Source: Planctomycetota bacterium (GTDB taxonomy: Bacteria; Planctomycetota; Planctomycetia; JALXBF01). Taken from it: a DNA stretch of 64,000 nt. Of this stretch, positions 1-10,031 are shown piece after piece. The notes beneath the pieces are model-generated. The model saw only the letters and a program-made list of their open reading frames with translations, had not been told where the DNA came from and made no database searches. Made by a program: the position numbers and the translations under genes. The stretch is taken from NCBI GenBank assembly GCA_026991575.1, contig JALXBF010000014.1:11467-75466 (forward strand), given 5' to 3'. The stretch's first letter is position 1, and each line of letters begins with the position of its first letter.

Positions 1-565
1 GGCGAAGGAGTTTGGTATGCCGATGGGGCCGATTTTGCTGCACGATGTCGTGGGGCTGGACGTGGCGTTGTATGCCAGCCGGGTGCTAGTGGCAGCGTAC
101 GGTGACCGGCTGCATGTGCCGAAGGTTCTGGAGGCGATGGTCCAGGCGGGGCGACTGGGCCAGAAAAACAACCTGGGCTTCTATCGTTACCGGCCAGGCA
201 GGACGAAGGGCCAGCATGATCCGGAGGTGGATCGGCTGCTGGCGGAGCTGCGTGGGGGGGATGCCGCGGCGTCACTGTCAGACCACGTCATCGAGGATCG
301 ACTGTTCCTGGCGATGTTGGCCGAGGCGGTGCGTTGTCTGGAAGAGCAGATCGTCGACGACGCCGAGCACCTGGACATGGCCCTGCTGCTCGGCATCGGA
401 TTCCCGGCATTCCGAGGCGGGCTCCTGCGGTGGGCTGACCAGCTAGGAGCGGCAACGGTCGTTGCTAAGCTGCGTGAATACGAACCGCTTGGCCCGCGGT
501 TCCGGCCTCCAAAGCTGCTGGAGGAGCTGGCAGCCGGCAACGGCCGGTTCTATCCGGAAGGGTAG
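1..565 (+). CDS. 3-hydroxyacyl-CoA dehydrogenase, C-terminal (3HCDH_C) portion; gene is truncated at its 5' end by the window edge
   Basis: The frame is open from position 2 (..AKEFGMPMGPILLHDVVGLDVALY..). The GMPMGP..VGLDV and C-terminal GIGFPAFRGG motifs are typical of FadB/FadJ-type 3-hydroxyacyl-CoA dehydrogenase C-terminal domains. Confidence 0.7.
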   Translation, partial: AKEFGMPMGPILLHDVVGLDVALYASRVLVAAYGDRLHVPKVLEAMVQAGRLGQKNNLGFYRYRPGRTKGQHDPEVDRLLAELRGGDAAASLSDHVIEDRLFLAMLAEAVRCLEEQIVDDAEHLDMALLLGIGFPAFRGGLLRWADQLGAATVVAKLREYEPLGPRFRPPKLLEELAAGNGRFYPEG

Positions 566-616
566 GGGGGCTTTGGGGGCAGCGTGTCCGACGGTCATCG
601 CTTTCGGCCGCGGGCA

Positions 617-1498
617 CTATTCGATCACCTTGTTCAGCGGGAACTCAACGATTCCCTGCGCGCCGGCAGCCTTTAGCTTCGGGATGATGTCGCGCACGAT
701 GTGCTCGTCGACCACTGTCATGACGTCAACCCAACCCGGCTCGGCCAACGACGAGACAGTCGGTCGCTGGAGCGCGGGCAGCACGGCGAGCACATCATCG
801 AGCCGATCGCGCGGCACGTTCATCATGAGCCCGACCTTGCTTTCCGCAGCGATGGCTGCACGCAGCAGCAGGGCAATGTCCTCGATCTTGCGCCGCTTCC
901 ACTCATCCTGCCATGCTTCCCGATTGGCGATCAACCGCGGCGTGCTGACCAGAACCGTGTCTACGATGCGCAGTTTGTTGGCGCGGAGCGAGCTACCCGT
1001 TTCAGTGACCTCGACGATCGCGTCAGCCAGCTCCGGAGGTTTCACTTCGGTCGCCCCCCAGGAAAACTCCACGTGGGCCTCGACGCCGTGTCTGGCCAGG
1101 TACTGGCGGGTCAGGTTGACCGCCTCGGTCGCGATCCGCTTGCCCTGAAGGTCATGTACGGACTGCACGGGGGAGTCCTCCGGTACGGCAAGCACCCACC
1201 GCACCGGCCGGCGGCTGACCTTGGAATAGACCAGCTCGCACACTTCGATCACGTCCGCGCCGTTCTCGACGATCCAGTCGTAGCCGGTCAGCCCGGCGTC
1301 GATCGCCCCCTGCTCGACGTAGCGGGCCATTTCCTGGGCGCGGATCAGGACGCAGGACAGTTCCGGATCGTCGATGTGCGGATAGTATGAGCGGCTCTGG
1401 AACGTAATGTTGAACCCCGCGCGGCGAAACAGTTGCGCGGTCGACTCCTGCAGGCTGCCTGCGGGTAGGCCAAGTTTCAGTCGCCGGCTCTGGCTCAT
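617..1498 (-). CDS. hisG: ATP phosphoribosyltransferase, long form with C-terminal regulatory domain
   Basis: 293 aa. Family-typical HisG sequence ([14 protein letters not shown]..., [29 protein letters not shown]) and length of the long-form enzyme. It overlaps the upstream hisI by 4 bp. Confidence 0.85.
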   Translation of the reverse strand: MSQSRRLKLGLPAGSLQESTAQLFRRAGFNITFQSRSYYPHIDDPELSCVLIRAQEMARYVEQGAIDAGLTGYDWIVENGADVIEVCELVYSKVSRRPVRWVLAVPEDSPVQSVHDLQGKRIATEAVNLTRQYLARHGVEAHVEFSWGATEVKPPELADAIVEVTETGSSLRANKLRIVDTVLVSTPRLIANREAWQDEWKRRKIEDIALLLRAAIAAESKVGLMMNVPRDRLDDVLAVLPALQRPTVSSLAEPGWVDVMTVVDEHIVRDIIPKLKAAGAQGIVEFPLNKVIE

Positions 1499-1875
1499 TT
1501 CTTCCCGTACACTCGCTGCGGATCGAACACGCGTTCGCCCACGGTCACCAACCGGCCCTGGTCATACTTCCGGAAAAAGCAGCTGCGATAACCTTCGTGG
1601 CACGCGGCCCCCCCAACCTGGTGCACGCGAAGCAGGACCGTGTCGCCATCGCAATCAACGTAGATTGCACGGACCTCCTGCACATGGCCACTTTCTTCGC
1701 CTTTGCGCCACAGCTTTCCGCGGCTGCGCGAGTAGTAGCACGCCCGGCCCGTGCGCACCGTCTCCTCAAACGCTTCCTCGTTCATGTACGCTACCATCAG
1801 CACCTCGCCTGTCTCGTCCTCCTGGACGACCACCGGCACTAGCCCCCCTTGCTTGGCAAAATCTGGCTTCCACAT
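1495..1875 (-). CDS. hisI: phosphoribosyl-AMP cyclohydrolase
   Basis: Conserved HisI core ([67 protein letters not shown]). The ORF track starts at a TTG at 1971; the ATG at 1875 (MWKPDF..) fits HisI N-termini better. It is co-oriented with hisG and overlaps it by 4 bp. Confidence 0.75.
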   Translation of the reverse strand: MWKPDFAKQGGLVPVVVQEDETGEVLMVAYMNEEAFEETVRTGRACYYSRSRGKLWRKGEESGHVQEVRAIYVDCDGDTVLLRVHQVGGAACHEGYRSCFFRKYDQGRLVTVGERVFDPQRVYGKK

Positions 1876-1954
1876 GGCGTTCTCCGCAGCATCACCCAGC
1901 CGACCGGCCGCAGCACCGACCGCCGCGGCCGTCCGGACACATCGATCGGGAATC

Positions 1955-3010
1955 TTATCCGGGGCGGCCAACGCAAGCGAAATGCTCCGTTAGCAACTCC
2001 TGGTACGCAAACATGGCCACCTGGCCACCCGTGTGCCAGAACAGGATCTGCTCCCCGGAGCCGTACTCGGTTACTTCGCCGATCAACGCAGCGAACGCCT
2101 TCGCCGTGTAGACCGGATCCAGCAACAACGCATCGTGCCGCGCCGCCAGCCGGATCGCCTCCAAAGCTGCTTCTGATGGCACCCCATACCCCGGTTCCAC
2201 GTACCGCGTGTCCACATCGAAATCGTTGGCCGTCCACTCCGCAGGCAGGCCTAGCCGCTGGAAGGCAAGGTTGGCAAGCTGGGCGCTGTGATGGTCCATG
2301 GCCCAGGGCCAGATAATCGGGGCGATGATCCGCACGCGGCCCTGGAAGCCGAGGTATCGCAGGCCAGCAACAAGACCGGCCCCGGTTGGTCCTGAGGACG
2401 CAACGTAGATGGCTGAGAACTCCAGGCCATAAGTGCGGATCTGCTCGAGCAGCTCCGCGGCAGCCGCCACGTAACTGACCGTTGCCAGCTCGTTGACCAC
2501 AGGCTGATGCAGAGCGAACACTCGCTCCCCCCGCGCCTCGAACTCCGCCGCCACCTCCGCCAGGACCTTCATGAACCGCGGCCCGAGCGGCACGTCCACG
2601 AACTCCACGGTTGCTCCCAACAGATAGTCAACCAGCAGGTTGCCGGTGGCCGGCCGGATGCGGCACTCCGAGCCGGCCGGGTCGTGCGCGGTGGTGAGCA
2701 CCAGGTGGACGGGCAGGCCCAGTCGGGCGCAGGTCGCCGCGGTCTGGCGGCAGTTGTTGGACTGCACCGTCGCCCCCCAGACCACGTAGGTCGTCCCTCG
2801 CCGCTGGGCCTCGGCAAAGATGAACTCGTTGTGCCGGGTCTTGTTTCCTCCGAAAGCCAACCCCGTGCAGTCATCCCGTTTCACCCAGATGGTCGGCCCA
2901 CCCAGAGCACGGCTCAGCCGCGGCAGCGGCTCCAGCGGCGTCGGGAAGTGCCCCAGCTGTAAACGGGGCAAGTTCGCAACTGCTGCTTTCAACCGAGACA
3001 CTCGATCCAT
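1955..3010 (-). CDS. PLP-dependent enzyme, ACC deaminase/D-cysteine desulfhydrase family
   Basis: 351 aa. The N-terminal region ([27 protein letters not shown]) carries the PLP-lysine motif of the fold-type-II ACC deaminase/D-cysteine desulfhydrase family. Confidence 0.7.
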   Translation of the reverse strand: MDRVSRLKAAVANLPRLQLGHFPTPLEPLPRLSRALGGPTIWVKRDDCTGLAFGGNKTRHNEFIFAEAQRRGTTYVVWGATVQSNNCRQTAATCARLGLPVHLVLTTAHDPAGSECRIRPATGNLLVDYLLGATVEFVDVPLGPRFMKVLAEVAAEFEARGERVFALHQPVVNELATVSYVAAAAELLEQIRTYGLEFSAIYVASSGPTGAGLVAGLRYLGFQGRVRIIAPIIWPWAMDHHSAQLANLAFQRLGLPAEWTANDFDVDTRYVEPGYGVPSEAALEAIRLAARHDALLLDPVYTAKAFAALIGEVTEYGSGEQILFWHTGGQVAMFAYQELLTEHFACVGRPG

Positions 3011-3073
3011 CGTCGCTCCGCTGCTACCGCGTTGACCAGGCGGGGGTGGAACAATTAGCTGAGGGCACGAGGT

Positions 3074-4090
3074 ATGGATCTACATCAGACGCTTAGCAAG
3101 CTGAAGCCCGCACCGGTGTTCCTGGCCGGCCCCACCGGCTCGGGCAAAACGGCCGTTGGCATCGAACTGGCCGAACGACTCGGGGCGGAAATCATCTCCA
3201 TGGACTCCATGGCCGTGTACCGGCACATGGTCATCGGCACGGCCAAACCGACCATTGAGCAACGCGCCCGGGTGCGGCACCATCTGATCGACGTCGTCGA
3301 CCCGTGGCAGGAGTTCTCGGTGCACCACTATCTGACCTTGGCAGCAGAGGCCGTAGCGGACATCACGGCCCGCAGCCGGCGGGTGCTGTTTGTCGGGGGA
3401 ACTCCATTGTATCTGAAGGCTCTGCTGCACGGTCTGGAGTCGGGTCCCCCGCCGGACCGACGGCTCCGGCGCGAGATGGCGGAGCTAGCAGAACGGGCCG
3501 GTCCCAAAGCAGTGCACCGGATCCTCGCCGAGGTGGATCCGGCCGCTGCTGCGCGGCTCCACCCGAATGACCTCAAACGCGTCGTGCGGGCACTGGAGTT
3601 CTACCGTGCGACGGGCCGCAGCATCCTGGCGCATCAGCAGCACTTCCACGCCCCGGCCGCTCGCTGGGCACTGGCCTTCTATCTGGACTGGCCCCGGCCG
3701 CTGCTGTACGAGCGGATTAACCGACGCACCCGTGAGATGTTCGCGGCGGGATGGATCGATGAGGTACGCAAGCTTCAGGCACTGCCAAAGCCACTGAGCC
3801 GAACCGCTCTTCAGGCGCACGGCTACCGGCCCATCCTTGCGTACCTTAGCGGACAGATGACCCTGGAGGAGGCCATCGAACGAACGGCCCGCCAGACCCG
3901 CCAGTACGCCAAACGCCAGTTGACGTGGTTGAGGCACATGCCCGAGTGTGAGCCGGTACCGATGGCGCCCGAACGGACGGCCGCTGAGGTGGCCGATGAG
4001 ATCGTGCGTCGGATCGAGGCCCGCGAGCAGCTCAACGCGGCGACTACCGACTCCGGCCAGGAACCTGGCCGGAGCGAGCAGACAGTCTAA
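3074..4090 (+). CDS. miaA: tRNA dimethylallyltransferase
   Basis: P-loop GPTGSGKT near the N-terminus, followed by the conserved MiaA regions (ISMDSMAVYRHMVIGTAKP, HHLIDV, GGTPLY). Confidence 0.85.
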   Translation: MDLHQTLSKLKPAPVFLAGPTGSGKTAVGIELAERLGAEIISMDSMAVYRHMVIGTAKPTIEQRARVRHHLIDVVDPWQEFSVHHYLTLAAEAVADITARSRRVLFVGGTPLYLKALLHGLESGPPPDRRLRREMAELAERAGPKAVHRILAEVDPAAAARLHPNDLKRVVRALEFYRATGRSILAHQQHFHAPAARWALAFYLDWPRPLLYERINRRTREMFAAGWIDEVRKLQALPKPLSRTALQAHGYRPILAYLSGQMTLEEAIERTARQTRQYAKRQLTWLRHMPECEPVPMAPERTAAEVADEIVRRIEAREQLNAATTDSGQEPGRSEQTV

Positions 4091-6111
4091 CCGGCCTTTT
4101 GCTCGATCGGTCCGACATGCGCTGCGATGGGTGGCAGGGGGAGGCGGAGGACGGCTGCGATGGCGCGGACGGCTTCTGCTTCAGGTATCGTGATCCGCCC
4201 GTCGTACGCCACGCACTCCAGTGCGGCTTTCAACGCCAGCTCACGCGCCTTGGTTGTGCCGTAGCGAAGCCGCTTCAGCGCGCGGTCCAGCCCGCGCAGC
4301 GTGCACCGCTCCTTGGGCGGCAGTTCGCGATGCTCGGCCAGCCAGGCGGCCGGAAAGGTCGTGCTCATTGCCTTCTGGTATGCCCGGGCCGCATCGCTCG
4401 GTGAGCGGTGTCCCAGCCGGGCTAGCGTTCCGACGACGATGGCTACGTCCGGTACGGCATAGCGCGGTAGCAATCGCGTCTTGCGGAACCGCTCCTCGCC
4501 GAAGCGGAGATCCAGCGGTGCGAGGACCGCTTGAGAAAGGCAGTATTCGAACAGGCTCAGCTTTGCATCGGCCAGCACGAGCCTGGAAACGTTCCGTTTG
4601 AATCGTTCATACTCCTGCTTACTCAGCGACCCGAGGGCTGCGACCGCAAGCTGGGCCAGCGGCAGCCAGCTCTCGCGGCCCACCAGGCGCAGCAGGGCGT
4701 GAATGCGTTCGGTCTCCTCGGCCAGCCCTGCGGCAGCGTGCTGGCGGAGCAGCTCCAGTTGCCGTTGCCGAACGTTCTCGTCCGCGTCCAGAAGTAGCGC
4801 GAAGATGAGTGCCCGTGCCGAGTATGGATCGCGCGTCGCTTCGATCAAGGCCTGTGGCCAGGAAGCTTTCAAGCCGCGGGCGTACTGCAGGTCTTTCTCC
4901 GTCGGGTTCCCGACGCTCTCGTAAAGCTCCTGCGTATGGACCGAGTATTCCGAATCCAGTCCGGCAACGGCTTCGTGCTGCCAGCGCTGCCGGATCCGGT
5001 CGCGGACGCGTTCCACTGGGGCGGGTTCCAGTTCGACAACGGCCACCGGCTCGACCACAGGGAACTTGCCGTCGAAGGTGGGGTCGAGCCGACGGATGCG
5101 TTCTGTCAGCGGCGGATGGGTGGAGAAGAGGTCCAGCCAGCTGAGGCGGATGTCGGCGAAGAACATATGAGCCAGCTCGCTAGCCCGCGGGTTTCGCACT
5201 CTGCCGTGCTCGACCAGGCCGCCGATTTTCTTCAGCGCCCCCGCGATCCCCTCTGGGTTCCTGGTGTACTGCACGGCGCTGGCGTCAGCCAGGTACTCGC
5301 GCTGCCGGCTGATGGCCGCTTGAATGATCCAGCCTGCAATGACACCGAACCAACCGAGGATCCACAGGATCAGGCCCAGCACGAACAGCGCAACGCGCCA
5401 GCCTTCGTCGCTGCTGCGCCGCGACCGTGCGGCCAACCAGTGGCGATGATAGCGCCGGCCGCCGTGGAAGGCGAGCGCCATCAGGATGCGACCGATCATG
5501 GCGAAGACGAACAGGCCGGCGATCAGCGCTGCCAGGCGGCAGTTGATCCTCATGTCGCCGTGGGCGATGTGGCTGAACTCGTGGGCAATGACTCCCTGGA
5601 GTTCATCGCGCGTCAGGTAGTTCAACGCCCCCTTGGTCACGGCGATGGCCGCATTATCCGGCGTCCAACCGGCCGCGAACGCATTGATCCCTTCTTCGTC
5701 CAGCACGAACAGATCCGGATGCGGGCAACCCGAAGCAATCGACATCTCCTCGACGACGTTCTTCAACTGGACCAGGCGCACGTCCCGGAAGCCGAGCCGC
5801 TCGACAGGCGTGGCTCCGAGGCTGAATGCGACCGTAGCTCCCCCTTGTCTCATCTGAGCAAGCTTCACCAGGGATGCGATACCGAGGATGCCCGCGACGA
5901 TGCCAAGAGTTGGGAAGAACAGTTCGGGCACGAAGAACCAATAGGGCTCCGCCATGAACTGGGCCTTCTCGGGAGCGGGCAGCTCCTCGAGCCAGACAAT
6001 CAGGATGAGGGCGTAGAGTGCAAGCGTGATGAGCAGGACGACCGCGGCGAAGAGCGACACGAGCAAGACGGTGCGCTTGCGCGCCTGCTCCTGAGCCTCG
6101 AAAAAATTCAT
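4087..6111 (-). CDS. M48-family zinc metallopeptidase (HtpX-like) with a long C-terminal extension
   Basis: 674 aa. N-terminal TM helices and an HEFSH zinc-binding motif (VIAHEFSHIAHGD). The C-terminal third shows no clear match to any family I recognise. It lies directly downstream of a LemA gene, a classic pairing. Confidence 0.7.
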   Translation of the reverse strand: MNFFEAQEQARKRTVLLVSLFAAVVLLITLALYALILIVWLEELPAPEKAQFMAEPYWFFVPELFFPTLGIVAGILGIASLVKLAQMRQGGATVAFSLGATPVERLGFRDVRLVQLKNVVEEMSIASGCPHPDLFVLDEEGINAFAAGWTPDNAAIAVTKGALNYLTRDELQGVIAHEFSHIAHGDMRINCRLAALIAGLFVFAMIGRILMALAFHGGRRYHRHWLAARSRRSSDEGWRVALFVLGLILWILGWFGVIAGWIIQAAISRQREYLADASAVQYTRNPEGIAGALKKIGGLVEHGRVRNPRASELAHMFFADIRLSWLDLFSTHPPLTERIRRLDPTFDGKFPVVEPVAVVELEPAPVERVRDRIRQRWQHEAVAGLDSEYSVHTQELYESVGNPTEKDLQYARGLKASWPQALIEATRDPYSARALIFALLLDADENVRQRQLELLRQHAAAGLAEETERIHALLRLVGRESWLPLAQLAVAALGSLSKQEYERFKRNVSRLVLADAKLSLFEYCLSQAVLAPLDLRFGEERFRKTRLLPRYAVPDVAIVVGTLARLGHRSPSDAARAYQKAMSTTFPAAWLAEHRELPPKERCTLRGLDRALKRLRYGTTKARELALKAALECVAYDGRITIPEAEAVRAIAAVLRLPLPPIAAHVGPIEQKAG

Positions 6112-6146
6112 CGCCGCCTAGCTATCCCCTGACGATGGTCACCCGA

Positions 6147-6737
6147 CTAGAAGGATACCTTCGGTGCCTCGCGCTGTGCCTCGTCCTGAATCTCGTACAG
6201 CGGTGCCGCCTGGAAGCCGAAGCTGTTGGCCACGAGCACAGCCGGGAATTTCTGGCGGTAGATGTTGTACTGGGTCGCCGCGTCGTTGTATGCCTGGCGT
6301 GCGAAGGCGATGCGATTCTCGGTGGAGGTGAGTTCCTCCTGGAGTGCGGCGACGCGCTGGTCCGCCTTCAGCTCCGGGTAGGCTTCCATCACGACCAGCA
6401 GCCGGCCCAGCGCACCGCTCAGGGCAGCATCGGCTGCGAACATCTCCTGCACAGCCGCCGGGTCACGCAGGTTTGCTGCCGCCCGCTGCTCAGCCTGCAC
6501 CGCTCGCCCCCGTGCCGCGATGACCGCCTCCAGCGTGTCGCGCTCGTGCTTCAGATAACCCTTCACCGTCTCGACCAGATTGGGGATCAGGTCGTAGCGA
6601 CGCTTGAGCTGCACGTCGATTTGGCTGAGCGCGTTCAACATCCGCTCACGCAGCGTGACCAATCGGTTGTACACGCCCATCGCCCACAGCAGTATCAGAA
6701 CAGCGATCACGATCGCCACAATGACCGGCACAGACAT
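6147..6737 (-). CDS. lemA: LemA family protein
   Basis: 196 aa with an N-terminal TM helix and the LemA signature (YNRLVTLRERM..QIDVQLKRRYDLIPNLVETVKGY..E..TL..V..AR). Confidence 0.8.
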   Translation of the reverse strand: MSVPVIVAIVIAVLILLWAMGVYNRLVTLRERMLNALSQIDVQLKRRYDLIPNLVETVKGYLKHERDTLEAVIAARGRAVQAEQRAAANLRDPAAVQEMFAADAALSGALGRLLVVMEAYPELKADQRVAALQEELTSTENRIAFARQAYNDAATQYNIYRQKFPAVLVANSFGFQAAPLYEIQDEAQREAPKVSF

Positions 6738-6782
6738 TGCTTCTTCTCCCGTTGGCCTCTGGCACGATTCGTCTCACCGCGC

Positions 6783-7751
6783 CTATTCGCTCTGATCGCC
6801 GGGTTTCTTGCCCAGTAAGTGCTCGTCAAACCAGTCGGCGAAGACGTTCAGATCATCGGTGAGCCTAGGCCAACCGTGACCGGCTCCGTGTTTGACGATC
6901 AGCTTACATGGCACGCCCGTCTGCTTCAGCCGCTCGATGAGCAGTTCGGCCTGCTGCAGCGGCACCAACCGGTCCGCGTCGCCGTGGATGATCAGCACCG
7001 GCGCATCGTCCGGCGACACATGGTAGATGGGTGAGACCTGCCGCTGTAGCCTGAGCTGCTCCTCGGTGGAGACCCGCTCAAACCGCCCGGTCCGTTCGTC
7101 GAACCGCCGGAAGTCGAACGCGGCGAAGACGAACTTCAGGTGAGCCAGTTCCAGCGCGTTCTGGCCTGGCTTGCCCCAGTTCAGGAAATCGGTCGGTGGG
7201 AAAAAGCAGGCCACGGCGCCAACCTTCGCCGGCTGCCGCTGGACCGGATCGTCCGCTGTGGCATCTCCTGGCTCGGGGGCCAGGCCAAGCATCAGCGCAA
7301 GATGCCCGCCGGCCGAGCCGCCGGTGACACCAAGCTTTTCCGGGTCCACACCGAATTCGCTTGCGTGCGCGCGAATGTACCGCACGGCCCGCTGCACGTG
7401 ATCGAGGATCTCCGGGATTGTGTACTTCGGCTGGCTGCCATGCACGACCTCAAAGACCACGTAGCCGCGCTCGGTGAACGGCTGAGCGAACGCTGGATTG
7501 ATCGATTCGGGCGACGAGAACCAGCCACCGCTGACCATGACCACCACCCCGGCGCCGTTGCGCGGTCCCGACGGGTAGAAGACATCCATCGTCAGCGCGG
7601 TGCCATACGACCGGCCATAGATCACGTCCCGGTCGCGGCGTGGGTTGTCCCGGTCGGATCGACTGGCCGCTCCACCGAACCGCTCGCCGGCCACCACGGC
7701 CAGCAGCCCGACGCCGGCAACGATCGCGACGATTGCACGCCGAATGGTCAT
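6783..7751 (-). CDS. secreted alpha/beta hydrolase (esterase/lipase-type)
   Basis: Signal peptide, nucleophile-elbow GGSAGG motif, and a C-terminal HGDAD..L.... HGW region typical of esterase/prolyl-oligopeptidase-like hydrolases. Confidence 0.7.
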   Translation of the reverse strand: MTIRRAIVAIVAGVGLLAVVAGERFGGAASRSDRDNPRRDRDVIYGRSYGTALTMDVFYPSGPRNGAGVVVMVSGGWFSSPESINPAFAQPFTERGYVVFEVVHGSQPKYTIPEILDHVQRAVRYIRAHASEFGVDPEKLGVTGGSAGGHLALMLGLAPEPGDATADDPVQRQPAKVGAVACFFPPTDFLNWGKPGQNALELAHLKFVFAAFDFRRFDERTGRFERVSTEEQLRLQRQVSPIYHVSPDDAPVLIIHGDADRLVPLQQAELLIERLKQTGVPCKLIVKHGAGHGWPRLTDDLNVFADWFDEHLLGKKPGDQSE

Positions 7752-7887
7752 GGCTAGCTTCTCCGCAATAGGCGCCTGTCCGCCAGCCCCTTGGCCGGCG
7801 CGCGGTTAATTATCCTAAGAGCTGACCCATACGCAGGTCCGCTCAGATGAGCGGCCGCTGGTGTCTGACGACCCGAAGGGTGGTGCC

Positions 7888-8241
7888 ATGGTCTTGATGG
7901 ATTTCAGCATCTTCCCCGTGGGCAAGGGCGAGAGTCTCAGTCCGTACGTGGCTCGGGTGGTGCGGATCGTGGACGAGTCGGGCTTACCTTACCGACTGCA
8001 CGCGATGGGGACGACGGTGGAAGGTGAGCTTGATCAGCTGTTGGATCTGCTTCGTCGCTGCTTTGCCGAGCTGCGCCGGGACTGCAACCGGATCGTGTGC
8101 CGAGTGTACTTCGATGACCGCAAGGGGCGGTCAGGAGCCCTGGATGAGAAGGTACTGAGTGTGGAGCGTCAACTGGGCAGGCACCTGGCAGGGGCCATCC
8201 ATGCGCCGAGCGCTCACACGAGCGAGTCGCCCGAGCAATAG
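7888..8241 (+). CDS. MTH1187/YkoF family (DUF77) thiamine-binding-like protein
   Basis: Starting at the ATG at 7888 (MVLMDFSIFPVGKGESLSPYVARVV..ESGL.Y.L..MGT..EG) gives the typical ~100-aa MTH1187 fold pattern. A GGTGG Shine-Dalgarno lies upstream. The ORF track's GTG at 7861 is probably too early. Confidence 0.6.
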   Translation: MVLMDFSIFPVGKGESLSPYVARVVRIVDESGLPYRLHAMGTTVEGELDQLLDLLRRCFAELRRDCNRIVCRVYFDDRKGRSGALDEKVLSVERQLGRHLAGAIHAPSAHTSESPEQ

Positions 8242-9533
8242 AGGCTTAGCGCCCGGTTGACCTGCTGGGGCAGGGCAGCGAAGTTGATGTGTACGATCGA
8301 TGCCAGGCAGTTCTTGCGGCGGAGTACGAGCGGCTGGCCGTTGCCGCGTGCTCGGGCCAGGACGTCAACGTCCTCCAGTTCGTCAAACCGCCACTGTCGT
8401 GAGCGGTAACCGCGATAGGGTGTGCCGGCCTCAAAGATCCAGCAATCGCCGGTGGGCTCAAACTCCACGCGTGTCAGTCCCGGCTCCGGTTCGTGCTGCA
8501 CCAGCGTGGCGGGCAGGATGCCGGTCATGGGCCAGGAGGAGCCATCGCTCAGGCGAACGTGTTGGCAGAGCAGTGCCGCGCCGGCGCCTTCGGCATACAG
8601 CGGCTTTCCCTGACGCACGTGCGCGCGCAGCGCTGACTGGATGCAGACGTTGTCGGCAAAGCGGCGGAGGTATTCGGGCGTCAGTTCGCCGGCACCGATC
8701 AGGATGACGTCGGCATCGGGGGGCAAAGTCTCGCACGACGCCGGGGCGAAATCCGTCACACAGGCACCTGCAGCTTCGAGCTCATCGAGTGCATCGGGCA
8801 GGTAACGGCAGAAGGCGTCGTCCCACGCGACCGCCACCGTCGGCCTTCGGCAGCTGAATCTCGGTTCGGGCGCAGGTGGCGGCATAGCGAACGGTCGGCT
8901 CTCGGCCAGGCGCACGAGCTGATCGATGCTGCTGAACGCAAGGAAGCTTTCTGACAGAAGCATGGCCAGGTTGTGGAGGCGGCGGCCGGAGTCGGGGTGG
9001 GTTCCATCGGGCTTGAGGGAGTTTGAGTCGATGCCGCCGAGCAGTGGACAGCAGCACCGTTCCAGCGCTGCCCGCTCCAGCTCAGCCAGCTTTTCCTGCT
9101 CGATGCCATCGATGAGGAGCCCGTCCACAGTCTGGCCTGGCGGCAGCGCAAGCGGCACGCGTGGGTCGACCACATCGTCGGCGGTTACGACGCCGAGCAC
9201 GGGGCAGTCAAGCGTGCGGGCAAGCTGCCAGACGCACTGCGGATCGGGCGCGTCCGGACAGGCCTCCACCAGGGCGATGTCTACCAGCGTCGCGGTGCGG
9301 GCGAAAACTTCGCGGCAGCGCTGGGGTCCGAGGATCCACAGATCGAGATGGCGGGTGGCCAGGCCGAAGAGCGGTCGCATGCAGTCGGAAGCTTCGGCAA
9401 AGGAGATGGTGCGGTAGAGCTGGGGCTGATAGCCGCTGCGCCCGAGTGCGGCCGCCAGGGCCAGGGTCATGGATCGGACATCAGCGTAGTCCGTCAAGGC
9501 GGCCAGCATCAGTCGGGGAATCGTATCCGTCAT
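8214..9533 (-). CDS. CobB/CbiA-like (cobyrinic acid a,c-diamide synthase homolog) with degenerate active sites
   Basis: 439 aa. Collinear similarity to CbiA/CobB in the middle (ARTLDCPVLGVV) and in the GATase region (DVILIGAGELTPEY..LRAHVRQGKPLYAEGAGAALL). However the P-loop GxGxGKT, the catalytic Cys of the ECGG motif (here EGAG) and the HEFH His are all substituted. Confidence 0.55.
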   Translation of the reverse strand: MTDTIPRLMLAALTDYADVRSMTLALAAALGRSGYQPQLYRTISFAEASDCMRPLFGLATRHLDLWILGPQRCREVFARTATLVDIALVEACPDAPDPQCVWQLARTLDCPVLGVVTADDVVDPRVPLALPPGQTVDGLLIDGIEQEKLAELERAALERCCCPLLGGIDSNSLKPDGTHPDSGRRLHNLAMLLSESFLAFSSIDQLVRLAESRPFAMPPPAPEPRFSCRRPTVAVAWDDAFCRYLPDALDELEAAGACVTDFAPASCETLPPDADVILIGAGELTPEYLRRFADNVCIQSALRAHVRQGKPLYAEGAGAALLCQHVRLSDGSSWPMTGILPATLVQHEPEPGLTRVEFEPTGDCWIFEAGTPYRGYRSRQWRFDELEDVDVLARARGNGQPLVLRRKNCLASIVHINFAALPQQVNRALSLYCSGDSLV

Positions 9534-10031
9534 CGCGGAGCCGACCTCCGCACGCGGCCCACGAGCGGGTTGTTTGGATCAGGGCAAGTGCCGCACGTCG
9601 CCGGACCCGCCCGCTGGTTGCCCGCCGCCAGCATGGACCCGCTCGCTCTGGCAGTAGCCGATCGCCTGGCCTGGTGTCTGGGGCGGGACGCCGTGCGGCG
9701 GACCGGTCCCTGGCCTGTGCAGCACGGCCTGCCGTTCTCACAAGCATCATATGCCACGCCACCCTACCGTCAAGCGAACGGGGAATCTCTTGACGCGGCG
9801 CGCAGCGTCACGTTAGGCTAGAACCGCTGTGATTGTCGACGGGCCGGTCGCTGTGCTGCTAAGATTCTCTGTGCCAGGCTATTCTCTCCGGGGTGCGCAC
9901 GGGTCCAACGGAGTCGTCTGCTATAGTTACTCTAGTGACAGCGCCGCCGCGCCCGTCGGTCGGCATGGCCTTCTGGTACCAGCATGAAAGGCGGAAACGC
10001 ACTTCGGTGTGCGAATCCTCGAGAGGTGGGA

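Noticed and set aside
4936-6132. 398-aa plus-strand ORF
   Set aside because: Antisense to the M48 peptidase gene. Composition is typical of GC-rich shadow ORFs.
7752-7887. Possible TPP riboswitch upstream of the YkoF/MTH1187-like gene (ykoF operons are THI-box regulated in Bacillus)
   Set aside because: I looked for the THI-box core (GGGGUGC...CUGAGA...ACCC...) and found only a short hairpin (ccgctcagatgagcgg). There is no convincing match, and the region also serves as the divergent promoter for the esterase gene.
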